Positions 18,652 through 28,836 are shown, counted from the stretch's first letter. The stretch is DNA of 64,000 nucleotides from Dehalococcoidales bacterium (GCA_036396095.1 DASWLM010000021.1:9071-73070), one strand, 5' to 3'. Notes: generated by a model from the sequence alone, not told the origin. A program made the numbers and translations.

Positions 18652-19305
18652 ATGGCTGAGGAACTGGGTAAAATTGAGCGACCGTCGCTAGAAACATTCC
18701 GAGGCGGACGCAAACTGTATATCGTTCCGTTGTTGTTCGCGGGTACCGATGCGCCTGAAGAATTCAAGGAGAAATGCGAGCTGTACTGGCAACAGGTCAA
18801 TGAACAGATTTCCATCCAGGAATCCAAGGTAGGTAGAGTCACTCGTATTTTCCACGAGTCCATTGCCTTTGGTGGTGAAGAAGGTCTCAAGGTCATGGAA
18901 AAGTGGAACCAGCTGAGCTATCTTATCGTAAAAGACAAGGTGGAAAATGGGGCGGTTCTCGAAACCACCGAGCTTGCCGACCTGTCAGATGAATGTATGG
19001 ACTGGGAGCGGTGTTTGCTCCTGGGCTTTTTCAGTCGTAAGGTAGCGGAAATAGTCGCCGAGCACTATCGCGCTTCTGCAAAAGAGCGGTATGAGCACAT
19101 CAGCCGCCGCATCAGCGAAGCCCTGCAAGCGGGGGAAGTGGGCATTCTCTTCATCAGGGAAGGACACGGAATTCAGTTCCCGGCGGACGTGGACGTTTTC
19201 AGTGTCGCGCCTCCAGCGCTTGATGAAATTCACCGGTGGTTGAGAGACCGCTCACGAGGTGCTGATACAGAAGAACCCAGCGAACCGGAGCAGTCTCCAA
19301 CTTGA
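18652..19305 (+). CDS. Hypothetical protein
   Basis: 217-aa ORF, divergent from 17762..18511, with an acidic C-terminus. I recognise no family. Confidence 0.5.
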   Translation: MAEELGKIERPSLETFRGGRKLYIVPLLFAGTDAPEEFKEKCELYWQQVNEQISIQESKVGRVTRIFHESIAFGGEEGLKVMEKWNQLSYLIVKDKVENGAVLETTELADLSDECMDWERCLLLGFFSRKVAEIVAEHYRASAKERYEHISRRISEALQAGEVGILFIREGHGIQFPADVDVFSVAPPALDEIHRWLRDRSRGADTEEPSEPEQSPT

Positions 19306-19319
19306 GCTGTTTAGGTTGA

Positions 19320-20576
19320 TTACTGGGTTAAAGGTGGGCTTTTCTGTGCCGCCTTCTTTTTCCGGTTACGCCACCAGAAGTAGAAACCGATGCCACCACC
19401 GATAATCCAGACGGGGCTGAAAATCCCCAGCCAGATAAGAATATTCACCAGCACCTGCCCGAAGACACTCAGTCCGTTCCAAGCGCTCTGTACTGTATTC
19501 CCTGCATCCCAGCCGACAAGGACGTTTATGTAGTTGTCCCTGGTAGCAGTGGCAGTATTGCCGCGGTCATCGGTGACCTTTAGTTTGATGGTATAATCCC
19601 CTGGAGACTTGTAGCTGTGCGCCGGTTCTGGATTGGTGCTCGTGGAACCATCGCCGAAGTCCCATTCGTAGCTAAACGGTGAAAAGCCACCGGAAATCTC
19701 GGCATAGAAATAAACCGATTCACGTGCCTGTACCACGGCTTTGCTTACTGAGATTTCAGCGTAAAGCTTTGCCTGCTGGAGTTGAATTTGCAAGAGGGAC
19801 ATAGACGCCGTGCGTTCAATGTACTGGATAGAGCCTTTTATACTCTCTATTTCACTACGAGTGTTGGAAAGCTGGCTCTGGACTTTCAGAATATCTTCTA
19901 CGGTGTTTGCCTTTTCCATAATAAGGAGCAATTGCTTTTCCGTAGCTTCCAGATTCGATAATTTTGCTTTCAGGTCGATGTACTCTTCAGTAACATCTGA
20001 TGCGGTTGTGTTTTCCGAATTTACTTCTATGGCGGTATCGCGGATCATCTTCAGAACGTTATTGTATGAGTCTGCCGGTACGCGGATACTGATAGTACCG
20101 TAGAGCGCATTACCCGACCGCCATGTCATTGAGTTTACAACAAACCCCTGCATGCTTTCTGCGAGCTGAGTGATATTGTCAATTGCAACCTGAACATCCT
20201 CAACGACAATGTCGACGTTACCTGTGCGGATTATCATACGGTCTGTTGTTGAAATGGTTTGGCTGATTACCATAGGCGGCGAGGGCTCCGTTGTTACTTC
20301 AGAGGGTGTATAAGGGGTTATTTCAGATTCTGTTGACCCTTTACCAGAAAACAGAGATTCAAAGGGTAAGGGAGATGATTGTGTCACTTCAGCAGGTGGT
20401 ACCGTTAGGGTTATCTCAGGCGGCGGTTGTTCGATTACCCCTGTTGAGCCAGGATACGTTTGCTTGGAGCTATCGACTCTATAAGTATAGCTAGATGGGC
20501 GTTCCTCTGATTTGGAGCAGGCAACCGTGGTTAGAATTAACACCGTAATAAGTATTCCAATGGTAAGTTTTTTCAT
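19320..20576 (-). CDS. DUF4349-like lipoprotein with PKD domain and C-terminal TM anchor
   Basis: Lipobox (TVACS). DUF4349-like core with coiled coil. PKD motif YEWDFGDGSTS...HSYKSPGDYTIKLKVTDDRGN. Two C-terminal TM helices. Confidence 0.7.
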   Translation of the reverse strand: MKKLTIGILITVLILTTVACSKSEERPSSYTYRVDSSKQTYPGSTGVIEQPPPEITLTVPPAEVTQSSPLPFESLFSGKGSTESEITPYTPSEVTTEPSPPMVISQTISTTDRMIIRTGNVDIVVEDVQVAIDNITQLAESMQGFVVNSMTWRSGNALYGTISIRVPADSYNNVLKMIRDTAIEVNSENTTASDVTEEYIDLKAKLSNLEATEKQLLLIMEKANTVEDILKVQSQLSNTRSEIESIKGSIQYIERTASMSLLQIQLQQAKLYAEISVSKAVVQARESVYFYAEISGGFSPFSYEWDFGDGSTSTNPEPAHSYKSPGDYTIKLKVTDDRGNTATATRDNYINVLVGWDAGNTVQSAWNGLSVFGQVLVNILIWLGIFSPVWIIGGGIGFYFWWRNRKKKAAQKSPPLTQ

Positions 20577-20756
20577 TTCTGCACTCCTGTGTAAATTAAG
20601 ATACTACATAATATAACGTGAAACCGTCTTATTAGTTAGGTGACCAAGTAATGTATCAGGATTGTCTTGTATTGTAGACTTGATTATATAGAGTGTCAAT
20701 CAGCCTTGAGGATGAAAGGCTTAGTGCGTTGTTCTCTCATACAGGGGATTCGAATA

Positions 20757-21230
20757 TTAAACCAATTCTGTCAGTTTTTGGTCGATTTCATCGATGTAAC
20801 CTATATCGGAACGACCGTCCCAATAAATGATTTGGGATACTTCACTATTCTCTGTGAACGGCATTACTATATCCTGATTCCCCGAATAGAGTGCACCGTA
20901 GACAACCTGATTTTTCTCTTTTGAGAAGACCTGCATTACACCCTCAAGTTGGATACTCGTCGGTACTTGTCCTGTTTCTTCTTTCAGCTCCCTTAAGATA
21001 CACGTATGTGGAGTCTCTCCCTGTTCTATTTTGCCACCAGGTACTTCCCATCGGTTCTTATATATATCGTGCACCAATAGTGTCGTTCCCTTATATCTGA
21101 GAACAATTAACGAGTGAGTAAAAGGCGCGAACTTCACCATGTCTAACGATTCCTCCCGCCGAATGGGGATGAATGTCAACAGAACGTCTCCGCTTTTATT
21201 TACCATTATACTCATTCGATCTCCACTCAC
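20757..21230 (-). CDS. NUDIX hydrolase
   Basis: Nudix box GGKIEQGETPHTCILRELKEETG. Confidence 0.8.
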   Translation of the reverse strand: MSGDRMSIMVNKSGDVLLTFIPIRREESLDMVKFAPFTHSLIVLRYKGTTLLVHDIYKNRWEVPGGKIEQGETPHTCILRELKEETGQVPTSIQLEGVMQVFSKEKNQVVYGALYSGNQDIVMPFTENSEVSQIIYWDGRSDIGYIDEIDQKLTELV

Positions 21231-21328
21231 ATTACCAGATCAATAGTAGCATAGAGTTTTGTTTCTTATGGATTCCTTCCCGTATCAGGTATGGAATAAG
21301 GCTTCCGCAGGAACGACATGAGGAGGTT

Positions 21329-22159
21329 TTAGCCACCATCTTTTCCGAGGTATTCCTCGACTTCTTTAACCAGCGTTTCGTTTTCGGTCTCGGTAAGTTC
21401 CAGATTGCCTTCCAGTTTTTTAATGGAGCGGTCGATTTCCGGCTGTTCTTGACGCAGGCGGGCGAGTCTTTCATACTGGCGGATGATTTCGGTATCAATC
21501 CGGGCGAAATTGAGACGTAGGTTGAGCCGATTGTCCAAGAATTCCAGGACCGTCTTCTGTGCCACGGGGTCATCTCCATCGACCAAATAGAAGGGAACAG
21601 GCACCCAGAGATTTGCGCCGTGCAGACCACGCTGTTTCGCCGTCCAGAGGAGGAAAGAATTAAGGGTCGGACGGCCGCCCGGTGGTGTCTCATAATCCAT
21701 CTCGCGTGAAAGCTGGTAGGCTGCTAGAGAAATCTTCATTTGGGGTGAGCTGAAAGTCGCCCAGAAATCGCGCGGGGCGGTATGGGCACTCATGGCAACC
21801 ATTCCCCCGATGGTGTACATTTCTCTGGCGTTACAGGTTTCCTGAGCCACATCGACGATAAGATTAAGAAACCTGAACCACTCGTAGCGGGGGATGGAGC
21901 TATGGAGAACGACGATATCGCAGTCGGGGATAGCGTAAAAACTGCTTTGGGGAAAGAGCACAATGTCTTTCTCGATTACTACCCCGCCAAGCGGGAAGAA
22001 TTCCTCTAGATTAATCTCACAGAATTCTTTACCGTTGAGCTCGTGCACAAGGTATTCGGTTACTTTTTCACCGAGCTGACCGGCATCTGATTCCCAGCAC
22101 ACCACAAGAGCCGGATTGTTGAACCTGGGGCGGGAAAGATATTTAAGGGCTTCCGTCAT
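21329..22159 (-). CDS. PAC2 (proteasome assembly chaperone 2-like) family protein
   Basis: N-terminal PALVVCWESDAGQLG motif typical of bacterial PAC2-family proteins, with a C-terminal coiled coil. Confidence 0.65.
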   Translation of the reverse strand: MTEALKYLSRPRFNNPALVVCWESDAGQLGEKVTEYLVHELNGKEFCEINLEEFFPLGGVVIEKDIVLFPQSSFYAIPDCDIVVLHSSIPRYEWFRFLNLIVDVAQETCNAREMYTIGGMVAMSAHTAPRDFWATFSSPQMKISLAAYQLSREMDYETPPGGRPTLNSFLLWTAKQRGLHGANLWVPVPFYLVDGDDPVAQKTVLEFLDNRLNLRLNFARIDTEIIRQYERLARLRQEQPEIDRSIKKLEGNLELTETENETLVKEVEEYLGKDGG

Positions 22160-23061
22160 GCTCCCTTATCACCTTTCTTGAATAAATCATCGATGTGTTC
22201 TTTTAGCCACTGCTGGTCTTCTTCAGTGATAATTGCTTGCTGTCTGGACTCTGCGGCCTGTTTACGCTGTTCCAGTCTATCCCGTATATCCTGCGGAAAT
22301 TGCTGATAAACATTGCTGATAACTGTCTCCATCTGTGAAATCATGTCATCGAGAACATGGGGGTTAATGTTCAGATTTAGTATGCTTGACAGGACGTCAA
22401 TCACCGCTAGAGACGCCTTCGGGTAGGGGAAAGGCACACGGGAAAGGTAATCCGGGATTTCCCCCATAAGACAAATGCCCGGGTACTTCCGACTCTTGGC
22501 AGTGCCTATAAGGAGTCCGTTTAATCCCGTGATGCCGCCCTGATTACCACGCCCCTCCGCCTGACTCATCAGGATAGTATTCGGATAATGTTTGAGTTCA
22601 GCAAGCAAAGATTTCTGGTTGGCTACCGCCCAGACTCCGGGCTTCATAGTATGGTGCGTGATACTAATAGCGGCACCGGAGGTGTAAATACGTCCGCAAC
22701 CGAATTTATCAGCGACATCCAGCACCATATTCGCCATTTCGTAGGCGCGGGGACCCTCTGCATACATGCTTTCTCGTGTCGCGGGTTGCTCCTCCCCAAC
22801 GAAGAAGATGATATCTCGATTAGCCAGTCGCTTATAGTAGAATTTGTTGGTGGGGAATCCCATTTCCGTAAGGATGCTGGCGCGGATGACGACCTTATTG
22901 GGGAAAAAGAATTCCCATGGTACGATTTCGCCCAGTTCTTCCGCTTCTACTGTCTGGCGGATGGTATCCACAGTAATTAGCCCAATGTTGCCGATGCCGG
23001 GCCACCCGACAAGCATGGTAGGGCGATTGAGGTCTGGTTCGTGGTGTAGAATTAAGCCCAT
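22156..23061 (-). CDS. PAC2 family protein (paralogue)
   Basis: PTMLVGWPGIGNIG motif. 4-nt overlap with the downstream paralogue. Confidence 0.65.
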   Translation of the reverse strand: MGLILHHEPDLNRPTMLVGWPGIGNIGLITVDTIRQTVEAEELGEIVPWEFFFPNKVVIRASILTEMGFPTNKFYYKRLANRDIIFFVGEEQPATRESMYAEGPRAYEMANMVLDVADKFGCGRIYTSGAAISITHHTMKPGVWAVANQKSLLAELKHYPNTILMSQAEGRGNQGGITGLNGLLIGTAKSRKYPGICLMGEIPDYLSRVPFPYPKASLAVIDVLSSILNLNINPHVLDDMISQMETVISNVYQQFPQDIRDRLEQRKQAAESRQQAIITEEDQQWLKEHIDDLFKKGDKGA

Positions 23062-23267
23062 AGTCAGATACCTCTAACTTATCATTCTAACGATAAAAAG
23101 GCTGGAGGACAAGTTTAAGAAGCAAACTCGAAATACTAATCTCTAAACTCTAAACAAAATGCCAATTATCAAATTCAAAACTGTAGCACTATCATCCTGC
23201 TATTATTTCGTAGTCTAGATTTAGAGTTTCGGATTTGGTATTTGTGGTGCGGCTGGGAAGCGGCGGG

Positions 23268-24374
23268 CTACAAGCATTTCCAGTAATCTTTCAGGTAGCT
23301 CTTCGCCTCTTTGACCACACGTTTTGTCTCGGGTAAATGTGAGTCAGTGCGCAGGATAGCAGGCACTCGTAGCGGCTCCTCAATTGACACATTCCAATCT
23401 AGAAGCCCGGCGACCAGTGCCAGCCAAGCATAGGGTAGAACGTCACGGTTGTAGCCAGAAGCAATGAGGTCGATTTCCTTCCCGTCACAAATCTCCGCCA
23501 TTTTCCTCACCTTCTCGCCGATCATGTGGAAGCCGGCGACCGTCAGCCCCAGGCTGGTCAATTCGTCACTGAAGTGCGGGTCAGAACCGCCGTTGCGGAC
23601 GATAATCTGCGGCTGGAATTCAGCGGTTAGCGGTTCGATAATCTCTTCAAACACGAGTTTGTAGGAATCGTTGCCGGCGTTTGGTGGTAAGGGAATATTT
23701 ACCGTTTTACCTTTTCCCTCCCCCACCCCGATTTCGTAGACGAAGCCGGTGCCTGGGTAAAGCGTCCGCGGGTCCTGATGAATATCGATGAAAAGCACTC
23801 GGGGGTCGGAGTAAAAATAATCGGCGGTGCCATTGCCGGCATGAGCATCAGTGTCCAAGATTAAGACCCGCTCCAGCTTGTATTGTTCCACCAGATAAAT
23901 ACCGGTGAAAGCGACATCGTTATAGATACAAAAACCCTCTCCGAAATCCCGTTTGGCGTGGTGCAAGCCGCCGCCCAGCGAAATTACTTTTCTGTATCGT
24001 CCCAACTGTACTAAATCGACGGCGAGTTTTGCCTGCCCGATGACGATTCTCGCGGCTTCTTCCAGCTTACCCGGGCGTCCCCGTGGTAGGTTATCCATAT
24101 TATGGTACTGAAAAAAGGCGCTCTCATCCTCAACCTCTCCCATATATGCCGCTTTATAGTATTTCTTCGTGAACTCAATGTAATCAGGGGCGCATATAAG
24201 TTGTAGGTCTTTATCTGTAGCAGGTTCCGCTTTCAGAAAAATATACTTATCATCCGGTCTCATATGTTCTGTCAGGAATTTGGGAAATATCTGATACCGG
24301 TCGCCGCGGAAGGGATGTCCCGGTCCGAAGTCATATTCCTTCAGGTCTTCGCGATAGAGAATGGCGGTAGCCAT
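23268..24374 (-). CDS. Histone deacetylase/acetoin-utilisation (AcuC-like) family deacetylase
   Basis: GGLHHAKRDFGEGFCIYND, DTDAHAGNGT and GGSDPH motifs. Confidence 0.85.
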   Translation of the reverse strand: MATAILYREDLKEYDFGPGHPFRGDRYQIFPKFLTEHMRPDDKYIFLKAEPATDKDLQLICAPDYIEFTKKYYKAAYMGEVEDESAFFQYHNMDNLPRGRPGKLEEAARIVIGQAKLAVDLVQLGRYRKVISLGGGLHHAKRDFGEGFCIYNDVAFTGIYLVEQYKLERVLILDTDAHAGNGTADYFYSDPRVLFIDIHQDPRTLYPGTGFVYEIGVGEGKGKTVNIPLPPNAGNDSYKLVFEEIIEPLTAEFQPQIIVRNGGSDPHFSDELTSLGLTVAGFHMIGEKVRKMAEICDGKEIDLIASGYNRDVLPYAWLALVAGLLDWNVSIEEPLRVPAILRTDSHLPETKRVVKEAKSYLKDYWKCL

Positions 24375-24500
24375 TGCTGCTTTCCTTGTTAGTATTGTAA
24401 GACATTAAGGATGGAGTTTCAAAGAAGATAGGATGAGAGTGACGTGTATTAGTATTTTTGGGATTCAGGGTTCAAATATTCGAGCTTAGATATTAGGAAT

Positions 24501-25361
24501 TTATTTAACAGGAACTATTGGGGGCACATAATCATCTATGCTCTCGTCGAAATAAGCCAACAAGCCCTGCAGACTTCCCCAGTTGTAGCGGTAAATAGCC
24601 ACAACAATAAGGTTTTGACCCTCTTGAATGTCCTCCATTTTAAAGGTTCGCTGAGGCTGCCCCATGGTGGGAGATACAGCGTCTTCCCGCATGGTTATGT
24701 CAAAATCATCGCCGGAACTACTGAGGGTCACTATCCGACCTTCAACCTTTGTAACCTGACCTTTCAAATCTACCCGCAAGCCCATAATCTGCCAGGCGGT
24801 AACAACCTTGGAATTTTGCATCTCGGCTGGAAAGACCGCATCGAGATGAACCTTCAAATCATCTAAATATATCTTGTTCGTATCGTTCGACTCATTCGTT
24901 TCGACTATAGTAATCTTTGATGGTCTATAATAATGCTCGTCGAAGTAGACAATATGGGCTTCTATTTTCCCCCACTCATAGGAATACTGAGCCACAACAA
25001 TAAGGTTTTGACCCTCTTGAATGTCCTCCATTTCAAGAAGTCGCTTAGGCTGACCCTTGATGGGCGCCATGGTGTCTTCCCGCATGGTTATGTCGTAATC
25101 ATCGCCGGAGTTACTGAGGGTTACTGTTCGGTCCTCAATCTTTGTAACCCGGCCCTTCAAATCTATATCTAACCCTGTAATTTGCCAGGCGGTAACGACC
25201 TTAGAATTTTGCATCTCGGCTGGAAAGACCTGATAAAAATGTGAATTCAAATCATCTTTCCCGGCCAATTGACTACTTCGGCATCCCGTCAGAAAAACCA
25301 CCATGGCTGTTAATAGAATAGCCAGTATTGCGCCCACTGCACCTAAAATCTTTATCCTCAC
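24501..25361 (-). CDS. Lipoprotein made of two tandem ~130-aa repeats, function unknown
   Basis: Lipobox LTGC. The block VFPAEMQNSKVVTAWQI.GL..DLKG.VTK.E.R.VTLS.SGDD.DITMRED occurs twice. Confidence 0.6.
   Translation of the reverse strand: MRIKILGAVGAILAILLTAMVVFLTGCRSSQLAGKDDLNSHFYQVFPAEMQNSKVVTAWQITGLDIDLKGRVTKIEDRTVTLSNSGDDYDITMREDTMAPIKGQPKRLLEMEDIQEGQNLIVVAQYSYEWGKIEAHIVYFDEHYYRPSKITIVETNESNDTNKIYLDDLKVHLDAVFPAEMQNSKVVTAWQIMGLRVDLKGQVTKVEGRIVTLSSSGDDFDITMREDAVSPTMGQPQRTFKMEDIQEGQNLIVVAIYRYNWGSLQGLLAYFDESIDDYVPPIVPVK
24598..25032. repeat. Intragenic direct repeat (~392-nt period) with a 43-nt identical core
   Basis: GCCACAACAATAAGGTTTTGACCCTCTTGAATGTCCTCCATTT occurs at 24598-24640 and again at 24990-25032. 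Confidence 0.85.
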
Positions 25362-25728
25362 CTTTTGTCCTTCCTGTATTGTAATTAGCTGTTTTTGGCG
25401 TCAATGGCAATGTATAAACTTCTGGAGATCTGCTTTGTGAGTATTTTAAGACATTTTCGAAGGAGTTACAAAGAATACTATTGACGATGGTACTGGTTAT
25501 TCCGGTACTTAAAGGCGATTGATAGTGTGGTAATCGTGAGATATGTTTGTAATATAGTGGCAACCTTGTAAATGGTGAAAACAATGAGATATTTTGTGGG
25601 GCGTGCCAGATAAAGTAAGAGAAAATAACGGAATGTGCGGACGGCTTTGCGTTTTCTTAATTAAAAATGGTGGGGGATAATAAATGAAAATGCGTTGGAC
25701 GAAATACCCCTATGAAAACTATCGATTA

Positions 25729-26943
25729 TCAATCAGCATCAGTCCTGAACTTGAGAACCGCAATAGTCCCGAAGACAGTCGCGAAGGCAATCAGCACGAG
25801 CATCTCCGGTATCACCGCATCGAAATCAGCGCCGAAGACGAGGAGTTTGTTGAAGGCGGTGTTCGCCCAGGCATGGGGAGTAATTTTCGCGATAAATTGA
25901 TACCAGCGGGGAGTAATGAATAGGGGCCACCAGCACCCACCCAGTGGCGCCATGATGAGCGATGCCAGCACTCCGATGGATGAAGCGCTGCGCTCAGTTT
26001 TGACGAAGGTCGATAGCATTACACCGAAGGCAGAACCCATCAACATCATGAGTATTGAGATGATAAAAACAGCCGCAGGCGCAATACCTAGGTCCATCTT
26101 GAAAACCAGGATGCCTATTCCCCAGAAAATTATCATTTGAATCATGCCTTTGACAACGGTGCCGGTGTAAATGCCGCCGAGTATAGTGCTCCGACTTGCC
26201 GATGTAGTCAATAACCTTTCCATGGTGTGGTTCAAACGTTCTCTCGTAATTAGCTGTGCCGCAAACGAAGCCGTCATAAAGACGAACATCACCAGATAAC
26301 CAGGGATGACGAAATTAGCGGGATTGATGGCTTCTACATCGCCTACCTTTTCAATGGCGAAGGATATCATCGGGGATTCAGCGGTTACGCTCGACTGTCC
26401 AGTCAACATCACCTGGATAAACTGTGATAAATCACCAACTGCGTCTGGTGACACTAATCCCTTTTCCATTAGTGAACCGATGATGTTAGCAATGGCCTGT
26501 GCCATGCCCTCGAGCGGGGCTATTGCTTGAGGGTTTGAGGGATTATAAATCACTTCCAGCTCAGTGCTATAACCCATCAATACTGACTCAGAGAAGTCCT
26601 CCGGGAAAGCAATAAAACCAGACAGTTTATTATCCTCAACATCCTTCTTCGCCTGCTCGTAATCCTCAAGCCAGATAATTTGTGGCTCGCCGGGTTTGAG
26701 TGCGGATTCATCTTTTGTTTCCAGTGCTGTAATAATCTGATAACTGATACCGCCTAGTGGTTCGCGGGTAGCCAGGTTCAGTTGTAATCGACTATCTTCA
26801 CTTCCGACACCTTTCAAAATAAAATTGAACAGGATAACGAACAGAAAGGGGAATAAGATAGAGAAGAAAAATGCACCGCGGTCGGCGGTAAAGATTTTTA
26901 GATCCTTAATTGTCAGAAACCAGATATTTCGTAGTTGTTTCAT
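25729..26943 (-). CDS. ABC-2 type exporter permease
   Basis: 404 aa with an N-terminal TM, a large external domain and five C-terminal TMs. In an operon with 26949..28082 and the ATPase. Confidence 0.8.
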   Translation of the reverse strand: MKQLRNIWFLTIKDLKIFTADRGAFFFSILFPFLFVILFNFILKGVGSEDSRLQLNLATREPLGGISYQIITALETKDESALKPGEPQIIWLEDYEQAKKDVEDNKLSGFIAFPEDFSESVLMGYSTELEVIYNPSNPQAIAPLEGMAQAIANIIGSLMEKGLVSPDAVGDLSQFIQVMLTGQSSVTAESPMISFAIEKVGDVEAINPANFVIPGYLVMFVFMTASFAAQLITRERLNHTMERLLTTSASRSTILGGIYTGTVVKGMIQMIIFWGIGILVFKMDLGIAPAAVFIISILMMLMGSAFGVMLSTFVKTERSASSIGVLASLIMAPLGGCWWPLFITPRWYQFIAKITPHAWANTAFNKLLVFGADFDAVIPEMLVLIAFATVFGTIAVLKFRTDAD

Positions 26944-26948
26944 TTTTA

Positions 26949-28082
26949 TTATTTACCCTGCGGTATAGCTTTAAACAGTAAACGACTCACGACCAACCCG
27001 ATTACAAATACCCCAACCATAATGACCAGTTCCAGCCAGACATCACCGACAGTGCCGCCTTCGCTGATAATCTTTTTAAGGGCGTCGTTTGCATAACCGT
27101 TCACCGACATTTTGCTCAGTGTGTAAAGAAACGTGCCCTTGTTAATGGTGAAGAATGTACCACCGAGCATCGTCATACTCATCGTTACAAAGACTCCAAT
27201 CCAGGTAGCCGAATCTTGAGTGCGAGCAACGGAGGCAATGATAAGCCCGATGGCACTGCCTGCCATTGCGAAAATAAAAGAGATGAGGACGCACGTCAGA
27301 AAAGAGAGCGGTGTGAAAATTTGAAAGACGGCGTATGAAAGCGCCAGCAGGATGAAAGTCTGGACGAAACCGCGGGATACGCTTGCCAGAAACTTGCCAA
27401 AGAACAACTCGCCGACAGTGAGTCGTGTCGTCAGCAGTCGCTCTAGTGTTCCGATACGCCGTTCTTCGACGATGACGGCGGCACCGAGACTGATGGCAAA
27501 GAGGACATACATTGTTATAATGCCCGGCAGGAATTCATTTACTGTATTAGGTTTCTCGCCCACTGCCATCTCTGTAACATCAATGAGAGGGTCCTCTTGT
27601 TTCTGTGATTGCCCGGTAGTGATGACTTGTTCCCCCTGTACCTGTAAGTTCTGGTTTAAGCCACTGACCATGCCGCGGATAATACTGGCAATAATCTGTC
27701 CTTCCTGCCCGCCATTTCCTCTCTGCATGAAAGTAAGCTCAACAGATTGTCCGGCGCCTAATCTGTCCGAAAAATCTGCAGGGATAAGTAACACCAAATT
27801 AACAGCAGAGCGTTCCAATTTTCGCTCCGCGTCGGCAAGCAAAAGGAGTTCGATGTCCAAACTCTCTTCTGCCTCAATATTATCTATCAGTTGCTTCGCA
27901 TAGACACCGTTAGTATCTTCATTGACAATATAGGCAGTACCATGAAAAAGTCCCTGTCCGCCAAAAGCGCCGTAAATCAGGGCAAAAGTGGCAACGGGTA
28001 AGAGCAGACTGAAGGCAAGGTCACCCTTATCTTGCAGGTAGGTTTTAACTTCGCGCAGGGCGATTATCAGGGCTCTTTTCAT
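26949..28082 (-). CDS. ABC-2 type exporter permease
   Basis: 377 aa with the same architecture as its neighbour. Confidence 0.8.
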   Translation of the reverse strand: MKRALIIALREVKTYLQDKGDLAFSLLLPVATFALIYGAFGGQGLFHGTAYIVNEDTNGVYAKQLIDNIEAEESLDIELLLLADAERKLERSAVNLVLLIPADFSDRLGAGQSVELTFMQRGNGGQEGQIIASIIRGMVSGLNQNLQVQGEQVITTGQSQKQEDPLIDVTEMAVGEKPNTVNEFLPGIITMYVLFAISLGAAVIVEERRIGTLERLLTTRLTVGELFFGKFLASVSRGFVQTFILLALSYAVFQIFTPLSFLTCVLISFIFAMAGSAIGLIIASVARTQDSATWIGVFVTMSMTMLGGTFFTINKGTFLYTLSKMSVNGYANDALKKIISEGGTVGDVWLELVIMVGVFVIGLVVSRLLFKAIPQGK

Positions 28083-28089
28083 CGTTTAC

Positions 28090-28836
28090 CTAGTCGCGCA
28101 GGCTCCGGCCGGTGAGTTTCAGGAACACGTCTTCCAGTGTGGTTTTATCCGGGTCGCCGAGCTGAGCTTTGAGAGCGTGGGGCGTATCCATCGCAATTAT
28201 TTTTCCGTCGTCCATGATAGCGACGCGGTCACAGAGACGGTCCGCTTCTTCCATGTAGTGGGTGGTGTAGAGAACAGTCATGCCATTCTTTCGCAGACTC
28301 TGAATGGTCTCGAATATTTTATTTCGTGACTGCGGGTCGATGCCGACGGTTGGTTCGTCCAGGAAAAGCAGTTTCGGATGCCCCATCAGGGCAATCGCCA
28401 GGTTCACGCGGCGTTTCATCCCACCGGAGTACTTGGAGACCTTACCTTTTGCCCTCTGTTCCAGCCCCATTAGCGCGAGGTTGGACATAGCCTGGGCTTT
28501 AGTTTCCTTACCATTCAGTCCCACCAGTCTGCCGAAGAATGTCAGGTTATCCAGAGCTGTAAGCTCTTCGTATAACGCCAGTTCCTGAGGGCAGACTCCG
28601 ATGATGCTGCGGACTTTGTCCGCTTGCTGGCGGGTAGAAAAACCGCCGACGGTTATTTCACCAACATCAGGCTCAAGGACGGTCGCGAGCATACGAATGG
28701 TGGTGGTCTTGCCTGCGCCGTTAGGTCCCAATAACCCGAAGATTTCATTCTGCCCGATAGTAAAAGAGACGCCATTGACGGCTTTGTGGTCATTGAAGCT
28801 CTTGTGAAGGTCTTTGGCAACCAGAAATGCAGCCAT
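28090..28836 (-). CDS. ABC-2 type exporter ATP-binding protein (DrrA/CcmA-like)
   Basis: Walker A GPNGAGKTT, YSGGMKRR, Walker B LFLDEPT. Confidence 0.9.
   Translation of the reverse strand: MAAFLVAKDLHKSFNDHKAVNGVSFTIGQNEIFGLLGPNGAGKTTTIRMLATVLEPDVGEITVGGFSTRQQADKVRSIIGVCPQELALYEELTALDNLTFFGRLVGLNGKETKAQAMSNLALMGLEQRAKGKVSKYSGGMKRRVNLAIALMGHPKLLFLDEPTVGIDPQSRNKIFETIQSLRKNGMTVLYTTHYMEEADRLCDRVAIMDDGKIIAMDTPHALKAQLGDPDKTTLEDVFLKLTGRSLRD

Noticed and set aside
23124-23245. Imperfect long-range inverted repeat (AAACTCTAAA near 23144-23153 versus TTTAGAGTTT at 23220-23229, with flanking partial matches) between the HDAC-family and PAC2 genes.
   Set aside because: Only about 10 bp pair perfectly, across a roughly 65-nt loop. 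The arms are themselves heptad-periodic low-complexity sequence, so the complementarity is probably incidental.
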